This document shows, in pieces, positions 25,301 to 36,659 of a stretch of DNA of 63,874 nt. The notes beneath the pieces were generated by a model. The model saw only the letters and a list, made by a program, of their open reading frames with translations. It had not been told where the DNA came from and ran no database searches. Both the position numbers and the translations under genes were made by a program. Numbering within the stretch: position 1 is the first letter of the stretch; every line of letters starts with the position of its first letter. Source of the DNA: Mobula birostris (Eukaryota); the NCBI RefSeq assembly GCF_030028105.1, contig NC_092389.1, positions 64,748,851 to 64,812,724 of the forward strand, written 5' to 3'.

Positions 25301-26340
25301 TGTCCCTACAAGAATTGAAAGTCGCCCTGCTGAACAGGTCCGGACAAACTAGCGGTAATGTGCAAGGACCTCAGCCACTCCCACATCTGTCTCCGAGAAC
25401 TCCAGCTTCAATGACAAATAATCACCCCTCACTAAGCCCCCAGATCTCTAGTGTACTGGGTGGCGTCAATGGTAACTGCGTCAAATGCAGCAAAGTGACC
25501 TTGGAGCCTGTGTCAAGTATGGCTGTAGCATCAATACCCTCTATCCGTAACGATGCACTGGAGCTGGGCCCCACTAATCCTTCAAGACTAAGTTTTCCTG
25601 CTTCAGGGTGTTCCTTAATATATTTCTGTGAACGTGTTCCCCCGAGACGCCAGGCCTTTCCATCACTGGGTCTCTTCTACGTTTCCCGACGCCTCTCTCT
25701 CGCTTAGGTACCCGGGGTGTCACTCTCCGAGAGGTTTCCCGTCGTTCACATTCCCACCTGAAGTGTCCCTCCACCGCAGTTATAACAGACAATACTGGTC
25801 GCTGCCCTTCTGTCGGGACCCGGGCCACCCGCAGCGCTCTGGATAGTCCGTCCCTTAAGGGGGTCCGCCTCCCTATCAGCTCTATCGTTTGGGGGGGGGG
25901 GGGGAGAGGGGAGAGCGCACACACAGATGATAACTGGGACATCTCAGTTCTCAACTCTGCCATACGGTCTTTACCTCTCCCCCGGGGTGGGCTATCAGTG
26001 GTCACTTCAGCGTAGGGGACTACTACTAGAGGAATGTACCGCCCCCCACCGTGACTCCGAAGCATTATCCTCCTCTCTTTCTACTCTGATCGGATCAACA
26101 AGCACACGAGGCAGTCAGAGCGTGTTGGTTACCAGACGTGGTGAAAAGGTGCTTAACACCATCTCCTACCTGGACACGCACTTACCTGCACCCGCACCTT
26201 ACTCCCCACCGCTTCGCCATCTCAACACTATACATCAATTCAGTAGAAACTGAAATACCCATTCCGTCCATTGAGTCTTCTCCACCATTCGATCACGGCT
26301 ATTGGATGCCCCCTCTGAACCCCACGCTGCTGCCTTCTAC
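22375..26340 (-). mobile_element. Decayed Ty3/Gypsy LTR retrotransposon internal region (gag-PR-RT-RH-IN)
   Basis: Minus strand: gag zinc knuckle CYNCG..GHFRWEC (~25740-25800), protease ILDTGSKVT, RT PFRERPRRL...SPYASPIV...RMCVDNRTLN, RNase H NYPTHSLEFLTLEWAV and integrase PLDLVCMDFL. Confidence 0.9.
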
Positions 26341-27279
26341 CAGTCACCTTTGACACCCTTATTAATCAACAATCCACCATTTACTTATGTGAAGTCCATT
26401 ACGCCACTGGTGTTTGGGACAGCAATGAGGAGATTGCAGAAGAGGTTCACCAGGATGTTGTGTGGATTGGAATCATGAGCTACTGTGTGAGGAGAGTTTG
26501 GACAAACTTGGGCTGTTTTCTCTGGAGTGGAGGAGGCTCTGGGTGACCTGATAGAAGTTGATAAGATTATGAAAGATCTCGATAGAGTAGATAGTTGTCA
26601 TTTTTAATTTTCTGTGTCACAATGTCAAATACCAGAGAGCATGCATTTAGAGAGATGAGGAACCTGTGGAATTCGTTGCCACGGATGGGCAGAGGCCAAG
26701 TCATCCTGTTTGGTTAAAACGTTCACTGACCGGTGCTTGATTAGTAAAGTCATCAAAGGCAATGGGGTGAAGGCAGGAGAATGATGTTGTGAAGGAAAAT
26801 AAAAGACACTGGGACAGAAAGAGGAAACGTTAGAGTGAGATGTGTCAAGCACAGACAGATGGGACAGACTCAGACAGGGGTTCTTGTCTGGCACGGAGCA
26901 GTGGGGTTGATCACTGGTTCATTTTCCACTCTCGGACCTTCACTGAGATCGTTTCTCATCAGTACATGTTTTATAAACAATACATTTCAATATTCAAGCT
27001 CAACGTAAATTATCAAAGTGTGTTAACCAGATGCTATCAAACAATTCATTTTCTTGTTGGCAAAGCAACTCAATGCTCACCCCCAACCTGGGGTTGGGAA
27101 TGGGACCAATTCCAGAGGGGGAGGGGGAAGTGCGTCTGGGACTTTGTGAAGGAGCCTTAACTCCATCGTACTCATTCCCCTTTTCCCTTCTCACGCCCCA
27201 CCCACACAGTGTGTGTGTGTGAGAGAGACCTGCCTGCCCAGTCACACTCCATCAGCGATGTTCTCTCTCACCCAACACA

Positions 27280-28100
27280 CTCACACTCCTCTGTACACAG
27301 CAATCCTCACCGGCTCAAACGATCCAAATATTTTATACCCTCCCTCCTGCACCAACTCCTTAGCCACGTGATAAACTGTATAATCTTCGCATTCCTGGCA
27401 ATTGACACAGATGACAGACCTGAGATCACAGCCTTGGACGAGCTGCCCTTTAACTTAGCACCTCATTCCCTGAGCTCTCTTTGCAGAATCTCGTTACTCT
27501 ACCAGCCCATATCATTGGTACCCACATGGACCACGACCTTCACTGTTCACCCTCCTGAGCAATGCTGAGCGGTCGACCGGAGATGTTCCAGACCCGAGCA
27601 CACAGGAGGCAACATACCATCCTGCAATCTCATTTTCACTCACAGTACATCCAGTCGGTTCCCTTAGCTAACGAGTCACCTACGGCCAGAGCTCACCTCT
27701 TCTCTATCCTTGTGTCTGTCTCAGAGACAGACTAAGCGCCAGAAACCCTACTGCTGTGAACTTCCTTTGCCAGTTTATCTCACCATCTCTAACTGTGTCT
27801 AAAGTGACATGTGTGTTGTTCAGGGGGATGGACAGAGGGGTTCATTGCACTCTGTTTCCCAATTTCCCCTTCCTGACTGTCATCCAGTTTCCTGTGCCGT
27901 GCATCTTGGTTGCAACTCTCTCTGTGTATGTCCTACCTATCACCCCCTTCAGCCTCCCGAATAATATGGAGTTCATCAGATTCTAGCTCCAATTCCTCAA
28001 TGTGGATTGTTCGGAGCCCTTCTCACAGCTGTAGTTATCAGGGACATCCCACTTCCCGCAAGAGGAGCTTTCCACCATCCTCCCTGACATCTCTATTGTT
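27280..28100 (-). mobile_element. CR1 ORF1 (esterase) fragment
   Basis: The minus strand encodes VVVHVGTNDMG and a CLLCARVWNIS-like remnant of the SGNH ORF1. Confidence 0.65.
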
Positions 28101-28444
28101 TTAACTGAGCAAATGTAAAGAAGGGGGCAAAAAAATTCTAGATCCATGATGATTTTGCCTTCTCTGACAGAATGTTCTCCTCACAGAAACATCAAAGAGG
28201 TAAAGCCTCAAAGTCTCCGCTCTGACTCTGTCCACTCCAACACTGGCTGCTCCACTTGCTCTTGGCCAACTTTAAGATCTTCTTCATGATCAATCCTGAA
28301 TACTGATTGGCCTCTGCTGAAAGCTCCAAAGTAACCTGCCCAAAACCACTGCCTTTAATACTCAATTGGCGAACCTGAGTGAATTCCGTCCTCTCAAGCT
28401 TCTGATCTCTGATTAACGATGAGTCAAAGCCCGGCAGAGTGAAA

Positions 28445-28632
28445 CAAGGATGAATGACTGATTGAAACCCATCCCACATTCAGAGCTCGTGACCACCCTC
28501 ACCACAGTGTGAACCCGCACTGTCTCTGCAGTGTGGATGAGTGTGTGAATGCCTTTCCACAATCTGAGCAGGTCAATGTATTCTCACTGCTGAAAACAGT
28601 TCGGTGTATAGGTAGGTGAGATGAAAGTGTGA
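28445..28632 (-). pseudogene. C2H2 zinc-finger gene remnant (part 1; continues at 32226-32300)
   Basis: Minus strand: TLSSHLPIH...TCSDCGKAFTHSSTLQR, then after a frameshift RVHT...SECGMGFNQS. Confidence 0.75.
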
Positions 28633-31600
28633 CTGCATGCATTATTCTTTCCCTCATTCAGTTTATTCAAGGATAGATTTTTTTTAATATTTAACATAGA
28701 TAGATTCAGGTTAAAAGAGTGTAATATTTTAACAACTGATCTGTCGGACTATAGTCCAGTCTCTATGTCTCTAATTCTGGAAAGGAAAATGAAGAAAACA
28801 CTATAAACGTTAAATTCACATATACTCAATAACCCGAAAGCAATGGAGAAATTAAGGGGAGAAATCAAAGAATACTTAGACCATAATGACACGGGAGAAA
28901 TATCACCCGTGATTTTATGGGATACATTGAAAGCTGTACTGAGAGGGAAAATTATTTCCATTACTACTCACATGAAAAAATTCAATGCACAAAAATTAGC
29001 AGACCTTCAAGGAAAACTAAAACTACTTCAAGTTGCAGAGCGCAACAAAATTAGCTCTAATTTAAAACAGGAAATTAAGAAGGTGCAAAGTGAAATTGAT
29101 GACATATACACATTGAAAACTCACAGTATGTTTCTTTACCTGAGACAAAAGAATTGAGAAGTAGGAGGAAAATCAGGTAGGTTACTAGCATATAAGTTAC
29201 GTAAACAACAAGCAGACTATACAATGCATAAAAAAAAAGAATCCAGAAAAAAAAAAAACTTGTGGAGAATACAACAGGGAAAATTCAAGAGAGTTTTGAA
29301 ACATATTATCGAGAACTGTACTCTCAACCCCAGGTCTCCAATGAGCCCTATATAGACACTTTCCCGAATTCTTTAGATCTACCCAAGCTCACAGAATGCC
29401 TGTTAGAACCAGTAACTGCCAAACAACTGAACGCGGCCATCTCATGGGTTTACCTCAGAGTGGTACAAATCGCTGAATTCACAAGTTCCATTATTACTTA
29501 ACACCTTTAACTAGATCTTAAACAGAGGAGAATTCCACCTTCCTGGAGAGAGGCGATTATCTCAGTTATTCCTAAAGAGGGTAAAGATAAACTAGAATGT
29601 GGTAAGTACCGGTCAATCAGTGTTCTTAATTTGGATTACAAATTATTTCCATCAATATTAGCTTGTAGACTGTAAAAGCTTCTACCTGGCCTCATCCACT
29701 GAGACCAGACTGGATTCATTCAGCAAAGACAAACTCGGGACCACATAAGGAGAACCTTACACATACTAGAACAGGTCAATAAGAATGGGACAGAGACAAT
29801 GGTAGTGGGATTAGACGCTGAGAAAGCTTTTGACTCAGTTAGTTGGGTATTCCTATACAGATTGTTAGGAAGATTCGGCGTTCAAGAAAAGTTTATTAAA
29901 GTAATTCAGACTTTATATGACAGCCCTACAGCTCGAATTAAGATAAATGGGGATCTCTTTGCCTCTTTTATTTTAGAGAGAGGAACTAGACAGGGATGCC
30001 CAATTTCTCCTCTGTCATTTGCACTATATATTGAACCTCTTGCCCAACTAATGAGACAGAGCGAAATTGTAAAAGGTGTCAAGGTGGCAGGGATTGAACA
30101 GAAGGTGGCATTATTCGCAGATGACGTTTTTGTCTATTTGAGTGAACCAGAAAAATCATTGATAGGATTGTTTACACTGTTGGATGAGTTCGGGAAAATA
30201 TCAGGTTATAAAAATAATGTAAAGAAAATGCAGGTTCTGTCCTTAAGTTATACAACGTCCAAAAAAAAACTGCAGGATACATATGATCTTAAGTAGGAAG
30301 CAAAATTATTAAAATATTTAGGAATAACCCTGCCAAAAGATCTTTCAACATTGTCACAGGTGAATTATGGGCTATTAATTTCAGAGATAAAAGCAGATAT
30401 ACATAGGTGGAAACTTATCCCCTTTTTAAGTTTAAATTCAAGGATAAATACCATAAAAATGAATATTCTCCCTCGGTTACTTCACCTTTTCCGGACTTTA
30501 CCTGTGGAGGTGGAGGATAATCAATTCAGGGAATGGGATAAATGGATTTTCCGCTTTACCTGGCAAGGAAAGAAACCTAGAATCCAATTAAACACCTTAC
30601 AGTTAGGAAAGGAAGGAGGAGGTGTAGAATTTCCTTGTTTGAGAAATTATTTTTATGCTTCACAGATAACCCCTCTGTTATATTGGTGCAATAGGGAATA
30701 TAAGGCTAGATGGAAGGAAATAGAATTTGGATTGATTGCCAGTTTTCCTCGACAGGCCTCAATAGTAGACAATGGATTGATGGCTCAATTGGAAAAAAAA
30801 ATGAAAGCAGTTGGATAAATCTCACATTAAAAGTATGGCAGACGGTGGCTAATTCATGTGGAATCAATAACATGTTAAAACTTTTCAGATGCTGTGCTTA
30901 TGATACTGAATTTCTTCCCAGCAGAGGAGATAAAAGATTTGAACTCTGGACAAAAAAAGATCTTACAACTTACCTTTCATTCACACATAAAAGTGTATTA
31001 CAAAGTTTTCAATCCCTGCAGGACCAACATGGCCGAGAACACAATGACGTTTTTAGGTACCTTCAAGTATGACATCTTGTTAACCAGAGTTGTAGATGTA
31101 CAGACTTAACAACAGTACAATTAGAATTTTTCAAGACTCTGAATTCAGCCTGCAGTTCAATACTAAGTAAATTAATTTCTCGATTATATAATGCCCTCTC
31201 TTTTGCCAAAAATGAAAACACATTGTATATTAAAGAGAAGTGGGAGAAAGAAGCGGGGTTGGTACTTTCAGAGGAAGCTTGGGGGAAAATATGCAGCTTC
31301 CAGCGGTCTTCCACTAACTCTTTGATTTGGAGAGAATATTGTTGGAAAGATATTGTAAGATACTTCAAGACCCCATACCAGGAAAAATATAAAGACACAA
31401 ACGTGGCGTGTTGGAGAAGGTGTGGCTCCAAGGAGGCAAATCATTTCCATATTTTTCGGAATTGCCCTAAATTAAGTTTATGTTGGAAAGGTATTCAAGA
31501 CTCAGATACCTCTGAACTTTGAGACTCTCTATTTGGGGTATGTACTGTTTTTGGAACAGAAGAAAGACATAAAGCTGCTGCAGGTCCTTTGAGCGGCAAG

Positions 31601-32225
31601 TAAGAAATCAATCACCAGAAAGTGGCTAAATCTAACAGCAGTAACATTAGAAGATTGGCATGAAATCATTTTGGAAATATTTAAAATGCAAAAGATTGCT
31701 TACTCTCTGAGAATTCAAAAGGAAATTTTTTAAATCAAATTTGGAATAAATAGATTGAATATATAACCCCAGAGCGAGCAGACTTTAGATGACTCTCCGA
31801 ATGGTTTATACAGTTTGTCTCACCAATATAGTAATAGTGTTAACGTAAGCACCCTTGGCTCGAATGTTTACTGTTTTTTTTTGGAAAATGTGGAATTAAC
31901 ACAAGTGAAGGAAAAGATTTGGGGAAACTTTGGACCAGAAAGAAATGGACCAGAAGGGATACATGGAAATTAGTATTCAACCATTATTATTAATATATTT
32001 TATAACAACTATTATCATTATTTAGTTTGATAGAGTGGAATTACAATTGCACATAAACATCTATTTGAGAGCCTTACTATTTTCTATATTATCTCAATGT
32101 GCAATTCTAAATGTATAAATTAATACAGATTTACTCATATGAAGATGGAAAAGATTATGTACGTAAAAAAAAAGTTTGTGTATTACTTGTGAACACCTCA
32201 TCTAAATAAAAATAAATTTAAAAAA
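28633..32225 (+). mobile_element. 5'-truncated L1-clade LINE with 10-bp TSD
   Basis: Starts in the endonuclease (YSFPHSVYSRIDFF). RT motifs LDAEKAFDSV, GTRQGCPISP and LFADD; C-terminal CWRRC...HIFRNCP; AATAAA plus A-tail. TSD GAAAGTGTGA (28623-32) / GAAACTGTGA (32226-35). Confidence 0.93.
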
Positions 32226-32300
32226 GAAACTGTGAAATCATTGCCAGTCTGAACAGATGAGCAGCTTCTACCCAGTGTGAACTCGCTGATGTTCATTCAA
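32226..32300 (-). pseudogene. C2H2 zinc-finger gene remnant (part 2)
   Basis: Minus strand NEHQRVHTG*KLLICSD, a degenerate HTGEK linker. It joins part 1 across the L1. Confidence 0.75.
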
Positions 32301-32301
32301 T

Positions 32302-33040
32302 ACTGGACTGAAAGTGTTATATTTGAATGCATACAGCATAAGAATTAAAATGGATGATCTTGAAATTCAGCTACAGATTGGCAAGTATGATGTTGTGGCT
32401 ACCCTTGAAACTTCGCTAGAGGATGGCTGCCATTGGGAGCTGAACATCCAAGGATATACGGTGTATCGGAAAGATAGGTCAGTAGGCAGAGGGCGTGGTG
32501 TGGCCTTGTGTATAAGAAATAATATTAAACCATCAGAAAGGGATGACACAGGATCAGAAGGTGTAGAGTCTCTATGGTTGGAGGTAAGAAATGGCAAGAG
32601 TAAATGGACCCCAATGGCAGCTCTATACAGGCCTCCAAACAACAGTCGGGATGTGGATTACAAATTACCGCAGGAGATAGAAAAGGCATATCAGAAGGGC
32701 AATGTCATGATAATTATTGGTGATTTTAACATGAAAATGGGTTGGGAGAAACAGGCCAGTATTGGACCTCAAGAGAGAGCATTTGCAAAATGTCTAAGGG
32801 ATCGCTTTTTAGAACAGCTTGTTGTTAAGCACACTAGGGCATTGGCTGTGCTGGATTGGGTGTTGTGCAATGATCCGGCGGTGATAAGTGAGATTAAGGT
32901 TGAGGAACCCTTGGGGTCAGTGATCAAAATATGATCGAGTTCACTTTGAGATTTCAGAAGGAGAAACTAAATTCTAATGTGTCGGTATTTCAGTGAAATA
33001 AAGGAAATTACAATTGCGTGAGAGGGGAACTGGGGAAGGC
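32302..33040 (+). mobile_element. CR1 ORF2 endonuclease fragment
   Basis: ORF 32314-32934: LYLNAYSI, YRKDR..GRGRGVAL, YRPPN, GDFN and LDWVLCN. Confidence 0.88.
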
Positions 33041-33474
33041 GGAGGAGAGATTTCCCACTGACGCCGGAATAGAGCTTAATGCTGATCGGCTTCCAATCGA
33101 ACCCATTCCAGCGACGACCGCGGTGAAGAGGATGGCTGCAGAGACCAGCGCATCGGCGCAAGGTCCGGAAATCCTGAACACTGTCAGGGTGAAAGTGCGA
33201 GACCGGAACGGGGATACCGGCTTCACCAGGGAGACCTTCATCCGGAAGGTCTTGATAAACTGCTGTGGATTTACCCCCGGAGACCTTTACTGCCTACAGG
33301 ACTCCCCGGCTTCTTCAATGTCACCTTCCAGCACGCCGCAGGATGGCAGAGGCTGCTCCAGCAATTTCGGGAGAAGGGGAGCGAGGAGCCGCTTTCGCTG
33401 CTGAAAGCACCGCTCCTCTTTGACGTCGCCGCCACCCAGCAGGAAAAATAAAATAAGTAAATAAATGAATAAAT
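33041..33474 (+). mobile_element. Internally deleted Tx1-clade element (ZCCHC3-like ORF1 N-terminus plus A-rich tail), Keno-like
   Basis: MAAETSASAQGPEILNTVRVKV...FIRKVLINCCGFTPGDLYCLQDSP..FNVTF resembles Tx1 ORF1/ZCCHC3. The tail AAAAATAAAATAAGTAAATAAATGAATAAAT abuts U2-like ATCCGTTCT. Confidence 0.65.
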
Positions 33475-33588
33475 ATCCGTTCTGATCAAGGCAAACACGA
33501 GGAAATCTGCAGAATCTGTAAATTGGAGCAACACACAAAAAAATGCCGGTGAACGCAGCAGGCCAGGCAGCATCTCTAGGAAGAGGTA

Positions 33589-33630
33589 CAGTCGACGCTT
33601 CGGGCCGAGACCCTTCGTCAAGACTAACTG
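33589..33630 (-). ncRNA. Degenerate minimal type I hammerhead ribozyme (Penelope pLTR)
   Basis: Minus strand CAGTTAGTC-TTGACGA-AGGGTCTCGGCCC-GAAG-CGTCGACTG. The core CUGANGA and GAAA boxes are each mutated. Confidence 0.6.
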
Positions 33631-34349
33631 AAGGAAAGAGATTTGACAGTGGGAGGGGGTATCCGGAATGATAGGAGAAGACAGGAGGGGGCTAAGAGCT
33701 GGACAGTTGATTGGCAAAAGGGATATGAGAGGATCATGGGACTGGAGGCCAAGGGAGAAAGAAAGGGGGTGGGGGGGGGAGCCCCGAGGATGGGCAAGGA
33801 GTGTAGAGAAAGGAACAGAGGGAGAAAAAAAATTAATAATAATAAACAAGTAAATAAATAAATAACGGGTGGGGTACGAAGGGGAGGCGGGGCATTAACG
33901 GAAGTTAGAGAAGTCAATATTCATGCCATCAGCTTGGAGGCTGCCCAGACGGAATGGGACGGGAATTAAAATGTGTGGCCACTGGGAGATCCCGTTTTCT
34001 CTGGCGGACAGAGCATAGGTGTTCAGCGAAACGGTCTCCCAGCCTGCGTCGGCTCTCGCCAATATTTAGAAGGCCGCATAGGGAGCACTGGACGCAGTAT
34101 ATCACCGCAGCCGACTTACAGGTGAAGTGTCGCCTCACCTGGAAGGGACAAGTGCCACACAAGCCCTTACACTTCCTCCCTCACCAGTATTCAGGGCGCC
34201 AGACAGTCCTTCCATTACACTCTCCCTTCTCCAGCCTAGTATCCCCTTTTCCAATCAACTTTCCAGCTCTTAGCGCCATCCCTGCCCCTCCTGTCTTCTC
34301 CTTTCATTTCGGTATCCCCTTTCTCCTCTCACTTTCATATCTCTTCTTT

Positions 34350-34391
34350 CAGTTAGTCCTGACGAAGAGTCTCGGCCCGAGACGTCGACTG
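34350..34391 (+). ncRNA. Degenerate minimal type I hammerhead ribozyme (Penelope pLTR)
   Basis: CAGTTAGTC-CTGACGA-AGAGTCTCGGCCC-GAGA-CGTCGACTG. CUGACGA is intact and GAAA is mutated to GAGA. Confidence 0.62.
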
Positions 34392-34457
34392 TACCTCTTC
34401 CCATACATGCTGCCTGGCCTGCTGCGTTCACCAGCATTTCTTATGTCTGTTGCTCCA

Positions 34458-34595
34458 TTCTTATCAGTTTAATACGTCTCTCATCTGGGGGCTATATATT
34501 AAATTGATTTTTGGAACAGGGAAATTGATTAGGGGTTTGCTCCGTCCACTCCGCGTATCAGGCTGGTATTGCAGTGCTTCTGGGAACAGTGTAAA
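34458..34595 (+). pseudogene. RNU2: U2 snRNA remnant lacking the first ~36 nt (preceding piece at 33475-33489)
   Basis: TTCTTATCAGTTTAATA...ATATATTAAATTGATTTTTGG (Sm site 34507-34513)...TTGCTCCGTCCACTCC...CTGGTATTGCAGT follows the vertebrate U2 sequence. There is a deletion in stem IIa and a 3'-box-like GTGGAAAAACAG downstream. Confidence 0.9.
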
Positions 34596-35214
34596 GAGTG
34601 GAAAAACAGTTATCCGTACCTCTTAGACTTCATCCTCCCTAACTTTTTCTGGTACTTTTACCCTGTTTACTGACAGAATATTTTCCACTCGACGTGGAAG
34701 AGCGTGTGTGGTGTTAGCATTTCTGCTCGCTGCCAGGCTGTCGTCTGTATTGTCTCATTGTTTCATCCGACCCTGCGGTTCTCTTCGTCTTCTCTGTTCC
34801 GTCAGTAGATACTGAGGCGGGTTGCAGATGACAATTGTGCCAACATAGGCCTGTATATCAACGTTAATCTTTTGTCCTGGCTCTCTTCCTTTCTTGTTTG
34901 AGACAACACATCAGGAAAACTTATTTTTCTGGTGGGTGTGTAGGTAGGTTATCTTCACATTTTTCTGCAGCCTATCAACGAGTGCTCTATCCTCACGGGA
35001 GGGTCATTCAGTGATTTGATACCAGTAGTTTATTTTATATATAAAAATAGAAATAAATCCCTCCCCCACCCCGCGTGGTGGTCTGTGCTCCCTGTCACCT
35101 CATGGCTTCCTGAAGGACGCTCCAAATGACTTCTGTATCAAAGGCGTACTGGCATGTTAACTGGCTTTGCTAATGCTAAATTTCGCCCTTATTGTAGTAG
35201 GGTGGCAGGAAATC

Positions 35215-35415
35215 TCTTTTTTGGGGGGAGGGGTGAATGGTGTTTTTTTGTGGGGGTGACTGGTGTTTTTTTTTGCTGGGGTGAAGGGTGAGTGGTGTTT
35301 TTTTTGGGAGAGGGGTAGATGGTGTTTTTTTGGGTGTTGATTGGTGTTTTTTGCGGGGGAGGGATGAATGGTGTTTTTTTGTGGCGGGAGGGGTGAATTT
35401 TTTTGAGGGGGGCAG
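35215..35415. repeat. G/T-rich minisatellite (GGGGAGGGGTGAATGGTGTTTTTTT-like, ~20-28 bp)
   Basis: Roughly 7-8 tandem degenerate units. Confidence 0.8.
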
Positions 35416-36659
35416 GTGTGGTTTGATTCTCAGCCTTCAGGTTGGACGAGGCTGGTAGAGGTATTGATTTAGGGAAATCTGAGGGAGAGGCTGTTCATTT
35501 AGAGGGTGGTGTGAGCGTGGAACAAGCTGCCAGCAGAGGTGGTTGATGCAGGCTCAATTTTAACATGTAAAGAGAGGTTTGGATATGTAGGTGGATGAGA
35601 GGGGTTTAGTACTGTGCAGTTGGATGGGACGAGACAGAAGACTAAGCCTGTATGAACTAGATGGGCCCAAGGCCCTGTTTCTTTGCTGGTGTGCTACATA
35701 CCTTTATTACTTTAGAAGAGTTGATCAGCATGAGAGAAAGAATAGGTCACATAGAAATAAATGCAGCAATATCCATGGGATGGTAGAAAGCTGGCATAGA
35801 CTTGATGGGCTGAATGGCTCCTTCTGCTATCATTTCATATTGAATTCTCTAGAGTATTTTGACATTTTGCACCGTGTTATGATCCAAGAATCAGAGATTC
35901 ATGGTGAATCAACATTCCTGTTGCAGCATGCTGAATTTGGACCTCATCGTTCAGGAACAGTTATGTTTTCCTAATGCTATACCAGATTTTCAATAACTCC
36001 AGCCGGGACACTTCAACCTGAGGCCGCAGCAGCAGCTCTAACTCTGATCTGCAAATAGCACCATTCCACTTTCCAGGCTCCGTGATATCCAACACTCTCC
36101 TCCTTCATTGTCACTCCTGTTCTGTAAACACAATGGAGTCAAAGGTCCTCGGTTGATGAAGTGCCTCATTCTTCTTCACCCCTCTCCTGCCATGAGGCTC
36201 AGTCCCACTTTTCACCCCAGACCCTGATCCTCAAGTCCAGCTTCAAACCCAACTTCATTCCCAGAAATATGTCATGCCCCTTTTGGGTCCATGAATATTT
36301 TAGGACACTGTCTCTCCCCTTTTAAAGTTCTCATCGCTCAAATTTGCGTAATTGAAAAACTTATTACTGGTCCAGAATTTCATTCAATTTCAAAGTACAT
36401 AGCACTTTAACAATGGATATTGGAAGGAGAGAGAAGGGAGAGGCTTTACGTATGGATAATGTTACTAATACCACGGAACTTGTTCAATGGTCGGCAAGCA
36501 ACTTAGGAATGGATAGCTTAGCTTATTTCAGGAAGAGGTGAATTCAGAGGTCACTGGTGAATCCTACAGGGAATTAGCCCGAGCACATCCAATCTCTGTC
36601 TTTTTAACCCGAGCCTCCCAGTCCTTGTAACACCACCCTCCCTACCCTGAAGCTTCCTG

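Larger units (their letters stand above)
33490..34457 (-). mobile_element. Penelope-like element fragment: GIY-YIG endonuclease flanked by inverted terminal (pLTR) sequences
   Basis: ORF 33929-34162(-) FTCKSAAVIYCVQCSLCGLLNIGESRRRLGDRFAEH...VATHFN. Segments ~33525-33720 and ~34250-34457 are inverted copies. Confidence 0.88.

Noticed and set aside
35180-35200. Minus-strand CTACTACAATAA resembling an adenovirus-type terminus
   Set aside because: Only 12 bp, with no partner ITR and no viral ORFs.
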